Shown in pieces: positions 1 through 10,487 of a stretch of 64,000 nt of DNA. The translations under genes and the position numbers were made by a program. The stretch comes from a virus. Its lineage: Duplodnaviria; Caudoviricetes. A model generated the notes under the pieces. That model was not told the DNA's origin. It ran no database searches and saw only the letters and a program-made list of their open reading frames with translations. The stretch spans positions 1 through 64,000 of the IMG/VR virus record IMGVR_UViG_3300032050_014001, one strand, 5' to 3'. How positions within the stretch are numbered: position 1 is the stretch's first letter; each line of letters begins with the position of its first letter.

Positions 1-218
1 TATTTGAATGCTAATCCAGATCTGCTTTCAATTCGGACCCAAAATTCTGGTGATAGATATGCTAAAGTTAAACCTACCGGAACGACAGCAGATCCTCTTG
101 CCGGAATAATTGTTTCTTCTACTGCAGTCATATCATATCCACTATCTCCAATAGAAGGATCAGGATTGTTTTTCTTTGGTAATACAGCATCTGCATGTGT
201 CTTTAAGAATTTAATCAT
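1..218 (-). CDS. dut: dUTPase, N-terminal part (runs off the left edge; not in the ORF track)
   Basis: Manual translation from ATG at 218: MIKFLKTHADAVLPKKNNPDPSIGDSGYDMTAVEETIIPARGSAVVPVGLTLAYLSPEFWVRIESRSGLAFK. It contains trimeric dUTPase motif 1 (GYD) and motif 2 (RSGLA). Confidence 0.9.
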   Translation of the reverse strand, partial: MIKFLKTHADAVLPKKNNPDPSIGDSGYDMTAVEETIIPARGSAVVPVGLTLAYLSPEFWVRIESRSGLAFK

Positions 219-265
219 ATATAAATTATAGGTGATGCTTAGTAAATTATCAATAAATAATTTTT

Positions 266-727
266 ATGTCAGAAGATGATTCATTAGACTCTGTAGATTC
301 GCTCATAAATCAACTAAAATCTATTCCTAAAGCGACGAAAGAAGTAGATCAAGTAGAAGATGCCCTAACAAAAGAAAATCTCGAGGAATTCATTTTAAAA
401 CATACTGGCAATTTAGTTAAACAGGCTTCTGAATCTGTTACATTAGTCAGAGACTACGTAGAAGCTGCACCCAATGCTGAAGAAGTAACGGCATTGGCAG
501 AATTAATTAAAGCTACATCATCTGCTGTAGAAAGTTTGAATCGCATTCTCATCACAGATAAGAAAACCAGCACTGCTATTAAGATAAAAGAGATGGACAA
601 TAAAAGCAGGCAAAAAGAATTAGATGCTGTTGTTGGGTTAAAACTAAGATCTACCAGAGAAGAATTAATGAAACAATTAATTAATGCTACTGTAATTGAA
701 AATGTACATGAGCTGACTAATGAATGA
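266..727 (+). CDS. Putative terminase small subunit (T4 gp16-like)
   Basis: Helical 153 aa protein. C-terminal STREELMKQL resembles the gp16 tail motif. TAAATA lies 6 nt upstream. Confidence 0.5.
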   Translation: MSEDDSLDSVDSLINQLKSIPKATKEVDQVEDALTKENLEEFILKHTGNLVKQASESVTLVRDYVEAAPNAEEVTALAELIKATSSAVESLNRILITDKKTSTAIKIKEMDNKSRQKELDAVVGLKLRSTREELMKQLINATVIENVHELTNE

Positions 728-747
728 ACTACCGAGGACTAAAGATA

Positions 748-2343
748 CTACTTCTTATCAACCTCAATCGCGCCAATATTTTTTGCACCTATGATTTTAT
801 CCATTGTTGTTGCATTATAATAACTTACGCCTTGTCCCGAATTATTTACAAATGGTTTATTATTAAATAATTGCCGTTCCCATACTCTCACACCTATTTT
901 TGTATTAAAATCAATGTCTTTTAATTCAGATTCAGTAAATTTTCTTTTTGTATCACCATAACTAGTACCATTATTTTCACTAAGCTGAAATATGCCCACA
1001 GAATATTCACCACTCGTTTCAAGAGATTTCGTCTGCGGATTATATGATGATTCTGCATATGCCATTCTTAAGAAGAAGGTTTTCCATTCCTCTTTAGTAC
1101 CACTTTCGACACCGTATATTGCTGCTTGGGCTTTAACGTCATCAGGCAATTGATTAAAATTATTCACTAATAATGAATTATCAAGGTATCTGTCTAGAGC
1201 AGCAGATATTCTTGCTTTATTCTCTAAATCAGATTTTGATAAATCTGCTTTTGTATAAACACCTTTTGTTTTGGTACGTTTAGATTCATCATTCAATTTC
1301 ACAGTACTACTAGGACCTTCTCTCATTTCGAAATTACGACCATTATAAAAATTAGCGGTATTTCCATTTACTTTTACTTTTACTATTTTTTCTCTATATT
1401 CACCATTATTTGCTTCTAATATTTTTATACCTATATCTTTATCAATAGGCTTTGCGATATTCATGTCTGGATTAAATGGATTATATCTAGACATGTAATC
1501 AACAATTCTAAAACAATCCCCGAGCATCATTCTATTATTTGCAACGCCGTTTGAATATGCTTCCATTGTGCTCTGAAATATAGAAGGGCTGGTTGCACCT
1601 ATGTATATGGCACCTTTTTCATCAGCCCCGACCGCTTTTTTTCCTAATTTTTCTAAATTATAATTAGATACAAAATTATGCATACTAGAACGTGCTTTAT
1701 CCATAAAAGCTTTCATACTAGTATATGCTTCTGATGTTGCATTAACTAAAGCAGACGGCAATTTATTAAATTTTTCTAAAGATAATCCAGTTGGCGGTGG
1801 TGAATTTATGTCTGTATCTTGCGGCGCAGAATTGTGTATAGTATTCACAGCACTATAATCATATAGTGAACCAACTCTATGGGATAAATTTTTGAAATAA
1901 TTGCATGCGGACTCGCATTGTCTCATGAGATCTGATATTTTTTGCAAAAAGTCTTTATCGTTATCTAACGATTGAGCACGATTAAATTTTCTCTCATTGG
2001 TTGGGTTTGATGGTCTATTACCAATTTTATTAAATGTATTTTCAACCTCTTTCTTAAGTGTATCTTTTACATCTGTGGGTAATTGATTTATTTTATTTCT
2101 ATAAAAAATCAAATGCTCTGTTGTTAATGAAGGTGCATCTAATAAAAAATTTTTCATGAATTCCCTAGAAGCACCCATCGTATCAGGATCTGTTGCAATT
2201 TTTTTCCAAAGATATGATAAATTTATTTCAATCGGAAAATCTACAAGCAACTCACAAAGATCTGTATTGTCTCTCAAAAAATCAGGACTATCACCTATAG
2301 TAATAGCTTCAATATATTCTGGAAATCCTGTTTTTACTATCAT
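748..2343 (-). CDS. Tail/baseplate-associated protein with a C-terminal lytic transglycosylase (SLT/lysozyme-like) domain
   Basis: MAYAESSYNP (catalytic Glu-Ser) and GIFQLS motifs; last gene of the baseplate run. Confidence 0.7.
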   Translation of the reverse strand: MIVKTGFPEYIEAITIGDSPDFLRDNTDLCELLVDFPIEINLSYLWKKIATDPDTMGASREFMKNFLLDAPSLTTEHLIFYRNKINQLPTDVKDTLKKEVENTFNKIGNRPSNPTNERKFNRAQSLDNDKDFLQKISDLMRQCESACNYFKNLSHRVGSLYDYSAVNTIHNSAPQDTDINSPPPTGLSLEKFNKLPSALVNATSEAYTSMKAFMDKARSSMHNFVSNYNLEKLGKKAVGADEKGAIYIGATSPSIFQSTMEAYSNGVANNRMMLGDCFRIVDYMSRYNPFNPDMNIAKPIDKDIGIKILEANNGEYREKIVKVKVNGNTANFYNGRNFEMREGPSSTVKLNDESKRTKTKGVYTKADLSKSDLENKARISAALDRYLDNSLLVNNFNQLPDDVKAQAAIYGVESGTKEEWKTFFLRMAYAESSYNPQTKSLETSGEYSVGIFQLSENNGTSYGDTKRKFTESELKDIDFNTKIGVRVWERQLFNNKPFVNNSGQGVSYYNATTMDKIIGAKNIGAIEVDKK

Positions 2344-3866
2344 GATTTTTTTAATAAATTAGTTATTGTTTCAATCGGTTTGTTTGGTTTTGCATCCAAT
2401 AATTTATATGGTTTTATTGTTTCAATTTTATTGAAATAATTATTTTCAATAAAAATGTGTTTTACACAAGTTATTAAATGTCTGCCTAAATGATTTAAAT
2501 CATAATTTTTATCATTATCTAAATTTTTATCAAATTTTACTACATCTATAAATGTTGCGGCTTTTCTAGATGTTGATCCTCTACATTTGTAAATATATGT
2601 ATTATTTAGATTTAAAAGATTATTCAATTTTTTAATTTCAAATTGTTTTTCATTCATTTCTGGTGGTAATGAATCTGTAACCGTTTTCCAAGCATTTGTC
2701 ATATGACCCGTATTTTGAGGTAGTGTAAAATTTTCTTTTAAATCATAATTTTTAAATAATGTTTTAAAAGGATCAACGAAACATTTTTTATATTTTTGAA
2801 TGATAAAATCGGGTGTTAAAGTTTGTGCATTATACATAAAAGCACCATGTGATCGTGAATAAGATGTGACACTTTCTTTTGCAAAAAATTTCAATATTAA
2901 AGATGCGTCGGGTTGCTCTATATACGATTCAATAATTTTTGAATCGTTTCCACCTTGCCCCAATAAAACCAAATCAGTCCATATTTTCGAAAAGTGGTCG
3001 TAAACAACATTTGATTGTATTTGATCTAACTCTTCATGAGTTGCAATACGACCAAATTGAAGTTCATTTTTACAAAATATTTCATTATTTTCAAATAATG
3101 TTTTATAAGATATTAGATAAAATTTCTTTTGTATTCTATCATATCTTAATATGCATGGACTTTCATTATGAATATGAAATTGCATTATATAATTCAATAT
3201 GGATATATTTGGTATGGCACCGTGAGGTGTAATATCTATATTAATAGAGCCATCTTGTTCGAAAAATTCTTTGCCGTCAGCATCCTTTATAAAAAGATCA
3301 TCACCCATTTCAGAGCATACATCTTTCAAAATTGATTTTATCCAAAGTCCTGTTGGTTTTGCATTACCTTCATTTGTATTAAGATAAGAAAATCCGCCTA
3401 AGGATTTTTGTACACCTACAATGTTAAAAAAAGTTTCTGATAATTTATATTCTTTTGCTTCAACTAATTTCAGTCTTTTGCAAATTGAATTTTCATAATT
3501 TATATCAACACAATCTGTAATAATAAATTCAAATTTCAAAACAAAATCATCATTTGTTAATGGAGGAACCGCATTATATTTTGAATCTGGCAATATTGTC
3601 AATATAACCATATCTCTACCATTGCCTAAGTATGTATATTCTTTATCAAAAAAATTCAAATCATTCTTAACAATAATCTCTGCTGTATGAAATGGATGAT
3701 ATATATTATCAATAATTTCAATATATCTAAATGCGTTACCTTTCATCATGACAGCTTTACCAGAATCATCAAGTGCGACAAATGTTGCACACATCAAATA
3801 ATCATTTCCATTATATTGATAAGCAAATTTATCTTTATTACTAGTAATATAGTCTGATATAGCCAT
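2340..3866 (-). CDS. Putative baseplate hub protein (gp27/GPD-like)
   Basis: C-terminal LGRHLITCVKHIF resembles hub-protein C-termini; follows the gp53-like gene. Confidence 0.5.
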   Translation of the reverse strand: MAISDYITSNKDKFAYQYNGNDYLMCATFVALDDSGKAVMMKGNAFRYIEIIDNIYHPFHTAEIIVKNDLNFFDKEYTYLGNGRDMVILTILPDSKYNAVPPLTNDDFVLKFEFIITDCVDINYENSICKRLKLVEAKEYKLSETFFNIVGVQKSLGGFSYLNTNEGNAKPTGLWIKSILKDVCSEMGDDLFIKDADGKEFFEQDGSINIDITPHGAIPNISILNYIMQFHIHNESPCILRYDRIQKKFYLISYKTLFENNEIFCKNELQFGRIATHEELDQIQSNVVYDHFSKIWTDLVLLGQGGNDSKIIESYIEQPDASLILKFFAKESVTSYSRSHGAFMYNAQTLTPDFIIQKYKKCFVDPFKTLFKNYDLKENFTLPQNTGHMTNAWKTVTDSLPPEMNEKQFEIKKLNNLLNLNNTYIYKCRGSTSRKAATFIDVVKFDKNLDNDKNYDLNHLGRHLITCVKHIFIENNYFNKIETIKPYKLLDAKPNKPIETITNLLKKS

Positions 3867-3869
3867 ACA

Positions 3870-4220
3870 TTATTCTCTATTTTTTAATGATTTTAAAATT
3901 GTATTTAAATATTCTTTTTTAATAACTTTAATCACAGAACCTGGTGTTAATAATTTAAGAGAATTTTGTATATTATTACATAATAATATTAACCACCACA
4001 AATGTATAGTACCGTAAACCTGATAGCTAATGGATGTCAATGGTAGTGTGTCTGGAACATTAAAATAATCAAATACACCATCATCAATATTATCTGGTAA
4101 AGTAATTTTTTTTCCAATATTATAAAAATAATACATATCACCATTTTCATTTGTATCTTTATACATATTGAAAATGTTCTCGTAATATTCGTCTGGATGT
4201 GATAATTTTATTTGTTCCAT
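3870..4220 (-). CDS. Baseplate wedge protein, gp53-like (LysM-like)
   Basis: ISYQVYGTIHLWWLILLCNNI signature. Confidence 0.75.
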   Translation of the reverse strand: MEQIKLSHPDEYYENIFNMYKDTNENGDMYYFYNIGKKITLPDNIDDGVFDYFNVPDTLPLTSISYQVYGTIHLWWLILLCNNIQNSLKLLTPGSVIKVIKKEYLNTILKSLKNRE

Positions 4221-4221
4221 A

Positions 4222-5616
4222 TTATCTTACAAACTTTGCAACGTCTGCTGCAGTCGACGCATCTTTTTCTAAACTAATCTGTTTAATTTTAGGCGCTGCA
4301 TTCACGTTGATCATGTTTTCTCTCCATGGTTCCCTAGGCATAAAATCACTTATATTTTCTTTTTTTTCTTTTATTTCTTTTATTTCAGATTTTGCTAAAC
4401 TTCTACCTGGCGGTGGTATATATACTCTTGCCATGTTCATAGCATCTATATACATATTTGCATCAAATTTAATCAAAGAAGTAAATGTAATTTTTACGCT
4501 ATAAGCTTCTGGATATATTTCTTCTCCATATAAACTTTTTGTGCCTAAATGATTAACGGTATAGTCCGAAACATAACAAAAAGGTAAATTTACTTTGCCC
4601 GGTATAACTATGTCATAAATTCTTGTAGGGTCGACAGCAATAAGATCCTTTCTATAAGGCATATTGTTTAATCCAAATAGCTTAACAAATTTTAAATTCT
4701 TTTGTGTTTCATAGCTATTTTTTGTATTATAAAGAGGAAAAGATATAGTAACACTTGGTTCACCTACGCTATCAAAATTATAAAATTGAGGCATTTGAAT
4801 ATATGCACCAGGCGATAATAAAGAAGGTAATTGTGAAAACTTTTTTAAATTGCTTTTAGCATTACTAGTGTCAATCTGAAAAAGACCGGCATCAAATTGC
4901 AGATATTCATTTCCTTCATCAAATCTATTAGATAATGATAAAAATTCATCATCTAAGTAAGGAAAAATAAATTTTTTCCCAGTCCTAGATAACGTATATA
5001 AATGATCATAAAGCTCCTTTAATTTCAAGCTATTCCATTGCATCTCGCTAGTCATTGATGCCTTAGTAGCTTCGCTAAATTTTTGTTTAATATTACTAAA
5101 GTAATCTTTTGTATTTTTCATTACATCAGAATTTGATGCATTTTCTGCATATGTCTTAGCCCACTCTGGCGCCGAAATAGATTTAAGTGAATCCAACATA
5201 CCGGGAACAACTGTATTAGATGCAGATCTTAATATCGCAGCACTTTGATTTACACCTTCTAATCCTATTGTTAATGATGACTTTAAATTTTGTATCAATG
5301 GCGATGTTTCAATATTATATTCTGTAGCTATTAATTTTGGAACATGATCAATAATAATGGTTTTATTTTCTGATAAATTCCATATATAATCTTTTAAAAT
5401 GTTATAGTCTTCTGAAATGCTGCTTTTTTGAAAATTATCAGCGTTGGGTGTTTGTGTATTATTGACTTGTTTTGATGTGGGTGAATTAGCAGAACGCGAA
5501 GCTAGTGTTTCTTCCATTACGCGCGCCGCTATAGTCGTGACCGGATCTACTCCTATAGCTAATCTAACGCTACCAGCAAAGGGATTTTGTGTGTTTGGAG
5601 GTGGTATATCAGCCAT
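4222..5616 (-). CDS. Putative baseplate-tail tube cap/junction protein (gp48-like)
   Basis: Lies between tape measure and gp53-like genes; tube-like beta pattern in the C-terminal half. Confidence 0.4.
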   Translation of the reverse strand: MADIPPPNTQNPFAGSVRLAIGVDPVTTIAARVMEETLASRSANSPTSKQVNNTQTPNADNFQKSSISEDYNILKDYIWNLSENKTIIIDHVPKLIATEYNIETSPLIQNLKSSLTIGLEGVNQSAAILRSASNTVVPGMLDSLKSISAPEWAKTYAENASNSDVMKNTKDYFSNIKQKFSEATKASMTSEMQWNSLKLKELYDHLYTLSRTGKKFIFPYLDDEFLSLSNRFDEGNEYLQFDAGLFQIDTSNAKSNLKKFSQLPSLLSPGAYIQMPQFYNFDSVGEPSVTISFPLYNTKNSYETQKNLKFVKLFGLNNMPYRKDLIAVDPTRIYDIVIPGKVNLPFCYVSDYTVNHLGTKSLYGEEIYPEAYSVKITFTSLIKFDANMYIDAMNMARVYIPPPGRSLAKSEIKEIKEKKENISDFMPREPWRENMINVNAAPKIKQISLEKDASTAADVAKFVR

Positions 5617-5618
5617 AA

Positions 5619-7568
5619 TTATGATTTACTTTCTAATAAATTTGTGACTGATGCCGAACTCGCAAAATAATGTCTGCGTGAGTCAGACAAGTTTTGCCTT
5701 ATATTCACATCACCAGTATTAATAGGCATGCCAGTATTTTTTTCAGAATTTTCAGTGTTTTTGACGAGTCTCTGCAATAGTTGCGTTTGCACGTCTAATT
5801 TATTATTTTGTATATGCATTAATTCTGTATCATCACCTGAATTAATTATTTGTATAGAATTATTTTTTTTTGGCTTTTCGATGCTAGTTGTTGGTGCATT
5901 TACAGCGGGTAAAGGTGTAGTATTTTCGGGTATTTTAGATTTTAAACTTTTGAGAGCCTCTTGCTTTTCTTTTTTGAGATTATCGATTTCATATGCGTGT
6001 CGCTGCATCGAAGCATTGCCACCCGCCATAGCCGTACTTTTCATTTTCTTTTCAGATTCAGCTATCTTTTCATCATACAGTTTTTCAATCTCTGGTGCTG
6101 TGTTAGGTATTTTAATTTTTTGAATATTTTTCTTTGAAAATCCAAAAATTTTCTTTACCCCGTTAACTATATCGCTAAACCAATCACTTATCCACTTCCC
6201 CATTGATCCAAATAAATCACCTATTTTGCTGAAAAAATCTTTACCAGCTTCTGCTCTAACTTTGAATTTTTTTTCTTCTTCAGGAGTCCTGGTGATATCA
6301 CGCCATGCCTGCCATATACCCAATCCAAGTGATATTGGTGCACCTAAACCGGTTCCTGTTGCTATTGCACTTGCGATTTCAATTAAACCACCAACATAAT
6401 CACCCTTCTTAAATCTATCATATGCAAAATATAACGATATGATTCCTCCTAATACTGGTATTTTAGATAAGAATTTTAAGCCCGTTTTACCAGAACCCAA
6501 TAATTTAGCTAAAAAACCTCCTTTAGCACCTGTTTTTACCAATCCTTCAACACCTTCTGTCGCTACATTTGTTAATGATTTTTCTGTTTGTGCAAAGGGT
6601 ATTTTTAAATTACCGAACATGTTCGGTAATTTTTCTTTTAAAAATTTTATAGGCCACTGAATAATGGTTTTAACCTTCTCAAAAATTATCTCTCCTATCT
6701 CTGCAGATGTTTTACCACCTCTTAATTGATATTTTGCAAATAAATCGATCGTACCTTGTAATGGGCCTATTTCATTAGATAAAAAATGTGAAAGTATTGA
6801 TATCACTGGGCTAGCAGATACTAACATTGTTGTCAATCCTTTAACAACGCGAAATAAATTACCGATAATAGGTAATGATAATAAGAAGTTTGTTAACCAA
6901 TTACTTTTTTCTTCTTTTTTAACCTCTGTTTTTTGGGGTTCATTTATCTTGGTTATTTGTTTTGTATCTTCTGGCTGAAATGTCTTGGCTCTCTCTAAAT
7001 CTTTCTGGCTCTCTGCACGCTTCATTTCATTATCTAAAATGGTTTTATGTATATTAGAAAGTTGTGCAGAGATGTGAGAGACTTTCATCACCTTATTAAA
7101 GACAACAGCTGCAACTTGATATGGTTTTTCATCGAGGTTAGTAGTAGTTTGTTCTGTTGCAACATACCCTTGTTTGGTATTTATTTGGTCGGGTCGTTCT
7201 AATAATTTTGAAGAAGAACTGACCTTTAAAATTGAATCGAAAATTTTAGCAATTACAACATATCTGCTCCTTTCTCTACTAGATAATACATTAGTTTTTT
7301 TATCATCTTTCACATTACCAATTAAATGATCTTTTATATCACCAATCATGCGTTTTACTGATTCAAATCTATCAATAACTCTATCAGTAAAATCCCCTAA
7401 TGCAGATGTAGTAGCGCTACTGTTTGTTTTAATTGTTGCAGCAGCATTCGCCATGGCATTTTCCGTTGTCCTGGCATAATCTTTGATTAAATCTCTTAAT
7501 GATGTATTTGTTTCATTAAGTGATTTTAATTCATATATAAGACGATGTGTGATGTCTTCTATAGCCAT
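5619..7568 (-). CDS. Putative tape measure / baseplate hub protein (gp29-like)
   Basis: Helical, with Gly-rich hydrophobic segments (KIPVLGGIISLYFAYDRFKKGDYVGG); position in the tail module. Confidence 0.55.
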   Translation of the reverse strand: MAIEDITHRLIYELKSLNETNTSLRDLIKDYARTTENAMANAAATIKTNSSATTSALGDFTDRVIDRFESVKRMIGDIKDHLIGNVKDDKKTNVLSSRERSRYVVIAKIFDSILKVSSSSKLLERPDQINTKQGYVATEQTTTNLDEKPYQVAAVVFNKVMKVSHISAQLSNIHKTILDNEMKRAESQKDLERAKTFQPEDTKQITKINEPQKTEVKKEEKSNWLTNFLLSLPIIGNLFRVVKGLTTMLVSASPVISILSHFLSNEIGPLQGTIDLFAKYQLRGGKTSAEIGEIIFEKVKTIIQWPIKFLKEKLPNMFGNLKIPFAQTEKSLTNVATEGVEGLVKTGAKGGFLAKLLGSGKTGLKFLSKIPVLGGIISLYFAYDRFKKGDYVGGLIEIASAIATGTGLGAPISLGLGIWQAWRDITRTPEEEKKFKVRAEAGKDFFSKIGDLFGSMGKWISDWFSDIVNGVKKIFGFSKKNIQKIKIPNTAPEIEKLYDEKIAESEKKMKSTAMAGGNASMQRHAYEIDNLKKEKQEALKSLKSKIPENTTPLPAVNAPTTSIEKPKKNNSIQIINSGDDTELMHIQNNKLDVQTQLLQRLVKNTENSEKNTGMPINTGDVNIRQNLSDSRRHYFASSASVTNLLESKS

Positions 7569-7593
7569 TAATAATTATTTAATGGCGTGATCT

Positions 7594-8328
7594 TTAAACA
7601 AAGAGTCTTGCGTCTAATGTAAGTTTGATATCGTTTATAGTCAAATAATCGTCTTCTGGCTTCTTAAATTTTTCTGTAATAAGATTATTGAGTTTTGTTA
7701 TAATCGAAGCCGGCAATTGTTCTATAATTTTTAATCTATCTTCTATCGATAATAGATTTAGATCTTGTGTTATATCTCTTATTTGCACTGATTTAATGTA
7801 TTTTAAAATTTCAAATACATACATCTCCCCTATAATATTAGTAAGATCTAAATTAGCTGTATTTTTAATTTTTGTCAGCTGTATTTTTGTAATTGCTTGA
7901 TCTAATGAAAGTAATGGTGATTGTGAAGTAATTTTTAATGGACCTTCTTCAAGATGAAATTCGCCAAATGCATCTTCATCGAAATTTATTTGTTTGTTTT
8001 CAAATTGTTTTAGATCAATTTTAGAACCATCTAGTTCTAAAGGTTGTGCAGTGAATTTATTTCTGAATGCTATAGCTATAACAGATCTATCACTTAAACG
8101 ATAAATGTTTTTTTCTAAACTATTTTGTTCTATAATTTGATTAAATGCTGCATTAAATTCTAGTATATTAAAAAATTCTGATGATATACCGGCCTTAAGA
8201 ATTTCTTTTTGTTGTTGTAATGACAATGGTTTGAAAGGTGCTATACGGTTTAAAGATGGAACAAATACCTTAATTGTATCATCGAAATTGATTTCATTCA
8301 ATTTGTATAAAATATCATTTATTCCCAT
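7594..8328 (-). CDS. Baseplate hub assembly chaperone (gp26-like)
   Basis: VFVPSL..FKPLSLQQQKEIL and DRSVIAIAFR pattern typical of gp26-like proteins. Confidence 0.5.
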   Translation of the reverse strand: MGINDILYKLNEINFDDTIKVFVPSLNRIAPFKPLSLQQQKEILKAGISSEFFNILEFNAAFNQIIEQNSLEKNIYRLSDRSVIAIAFRNKFTAQPLELDGSKIDLKQFENKQINFDEDAFGEFHLEEGPLKITSQSPLLSLDQAITKIQLTKIKNTANLDLTNIIGEMYVFEILKYIKSVQIRDITQDLNLLSIEDRLKIIEQLPASIITKLNNLITEKFKKPEDDYLTINDIKLTLDARLFV

Positions 8329-8343
8329 AAAAATTATGTATTA

Positions 8344-9180
8344 TTAAAGTGGCAAATTGCCCTGTGATTTCTTTTGAGCTTCTTCTTGTTTCTTTGTATC
8401 TTTATTTTGCATAGCTACATACATTCTTGATTCATTAAATGTCATTGACATAAAATGATCATATGAAATATTCATTTTTGTGATTAAATTAAATTGCAAT
8501 TCATAAAAATTCATTAAATTGTCATTATAAATGGCTTTGATAAATTCAATTAATGAATTATTAAATGGATTTATTTTAAAATCCTTGAGTGTATCTAATA
8601 ATTCAGTATTAAAGATGTTTTTTTCTTCAATATAATTTGTATTATTAATTATAAATTGTTTAATATCTGTATATACAGAAGCCGGGATCATCTTATACAA
8701 TGCATCTTTTTCATCTTCTGATATCAGATTGCAATCCAGATCATTTATTTTTAAAATACATTTTTGTATAATATCTTCATTGGCATCTAAAATAAATTTT
8801 TTAGGCAATGACAATTCAAAAATTAAATCTCCTATAGATATAGTTTCATTTTTTAAATTTAAATTTTGTATATTTTTGCAAATATCAAAAAGATTATATT
8901 TCACATGTGTATTATCGATATAAAATTCAATAATATTTCCTAAAGAAATAGATCTCATTTCTAATAGAATGCAAAATTTATCTAGATTGGATAAATTTTT
9001 TATCTCTGAATCAGTATTTTCAGATATAACATGATCAAAATAATTTACTAAATCAAATAAAGAATTATTTTGTATAAATTTCAATATATCAATATAATAA
9101 TAATTATTAATCTCTTTTATTTTTATATTTTTTTTGAGACTTGGTAAAAATAAAGTAGTATAGAAATTAGATTTTATCAT
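8344..9180 (-). CDS. Baseplate hub assembly protein (gp26-like with a gp51-like C-terminus)
   Basis: LFLPSLKK..., DKFCILLEMRSISLG; C-terminal NLMNFYELQFNL..MSMTFNESRMY resembles gp51. Confidence 0.55.
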   Translation of the reverse strand: MIKSNFYTTLFLPSLKKNIKIKEINNYYYIDILKFIQNNSLFDLVNYFDHVISENTDSEIKNLSNLDKFCILLEMRSISLGNIIEFYIDNTHVKYNLFDICKNIQNLNLKNETISIGDLIFELSLPKKFILDANEDIIQKCILKINDLDCNLISEDEKDALYKMIPASVYTDIKQFIINNTNYIEEKNIFNTELLDTLKDFKINPFNNSLIEFIKAIYNDNLMNFYELQFNLITKMNISYDHFMSMTFNESRMYVAMQNKDTKKQEEAQKKSQGNLPL

Positions 9181-9851
9181 TATATTAATTGATAATGATA
9201 ATAATTATAAATCCATGATGTGTTTTTTGCAACTATTTCTTCTTTCTCATATTGCAAATCTGAACCATCTGTCGAAAAAGGAGTGCAATCTATAAAGTTG
9301 TGTATTTTTCTAGCGGGTTTTGCTTTACCTTTTGTATATTGAATAACCTGAATATCAGCCTTAAGAGAAGGTACCCCGGGAATCATTGCATTGCCTCTAT
9401 ATCCGCATGCTATTATCCACGGTTTAATTAGTCCGTCCACAATGTCTATATTTGTTTCCAATAGTTTTATAGAAATCTCTCTCTTGTTTCCGGAAGACCT
9501 ATTTTTGATTACGCTAGACTGCAAAAAACAATTATCACCATCCATGTTTATTGTTTCCATGTCTAGTGATTCACCGGGCAATTCTACTCTCTGCGCAAAA
9601 TAAAGACCCAGACCTTCCTCTCTGGGATTGGTTCTGGGTCCTAAAAATTTTTCAAAATGAGAAAATCTAGTTGCATTCCTCAATTGAGAATGATCTATAG
9701 AGAAAAACCTAGAAATTTCATTAAAAAATTCAAATAAATCACTTTTTGGCAGTATCCTAACCACCCATTGTGTCTGTAAAGGGACATCTAGTTCCCAGAC
9801 ACCTATATTACTTAAGAAATGTTCTCTGGGTGAATATATACCTTCTGCCAT
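9180..9851 (-). CDS. Tail tube-like protein (gp54/gp19 fold, tube initiator)
   Basis: AQRVELPGE and IHNFIDCTPF patterns; adjacent to the tube gene. Confidence 0.55.
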   Translation of the reverse strand: MAEGIYSPREHFLSNIGVWELDVPLQTQWVVRILPKSDLFEFFNEISRFFSIDHSQLRNATRFSHFEKFLGPRTNPREEGLGLYFAQRVELPGESLDMETINMDGDNCFLQSSVIKNRSSGNKREISIKLLETNIDIVDGLIKPWIIACGYRGNAMIPGVPSLKADIQVIQYTKGKAKPARKIHNFIDCTPFSTDGSDLQYEKEEIVAKNTSWIYNYYHYQLI

Positions 9852-9860
9852 TTATATTAG

Positions 9861-10463
9861 TTATGACAAGAATGCATTAATATTCGGGAAAGCATTAGAT
9901 AAATTATTCAAAACAAATTCACCCGGACGCTTCTCTTCGAAGAAATGATAAGCAAATGTTACATCAAAAGTCTTTACACTGCCAGTACCTTCAGCTATTT
10001 CATACGACATTTCGCCAACGTTTCTGATAGAAGCGCCAAATAATGTGTATTGCATGACGGGATTAAGCTTTTTATCTAATTGCAATAGCTCAATATAGTT
10101 TGTTCTATCAGGAGTATTGTATGTACCAGTACTAGTAGCATCGTTGAACACAGCACGTGACTCGGCAATGAATCTTTCTCTAATTAAAGAATTTGCATCA
10201 CAATAAAAAGTTAATTGAAAAGCATCAGAACCAGGATATGTTGCAATAGTGGGGATGTTAAAATTCATCCCCATATATTTAACTGCTTCATTTTCAATGT
10301 TTCTGCCAGGTAAAGCAGCTGTTTTTACATATACCAGCTCTTCTTCACCTAGGAACATTGTTCCGGTGCGGATCATCATCACGCGAAATAGATAGTCACG
10401 TGCGAAGTCCGCTACCGAAGCTCTGTCATAAAAACCTCTAATTGTTTGTGTTGTGTCTGCCAT
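9861..10463 (-). CDS. gp19: Tail tube protein (gp19-like)
   Basis: ARDYLFRV, VKTAALPG, LLQLDK, TFDVTFAYHF motifs; directly after the sheath gene. Confidence 0.8.
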   Translation of the reverse strand: MADTTQTIRGFYDRASVADFARDYLFRVMMIRTGTMFLGEEELVYVKTAALPGRNIENEAVKYMGMNFNIPTIATYPGSDAFQLTFYCDANSLIRERFIAESRAVFNDATSTGTYNTPDRTNYIELLQLDKKLNPVMQYTLFGASIRNVGEMSYEIAEGTGSVKTFDVTFAYHFFEEKRPGEFVLNNLSNAFPNINAFLS

Positions 10464-10487
10464 ATACTTATTTATGGTTTAATTTTA

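Noticed and set aside
4-231. 75-aa plus-strand ORF in the track
   Set aside because: Shadow of the minus-strand dUTPase, which has clear motifs.
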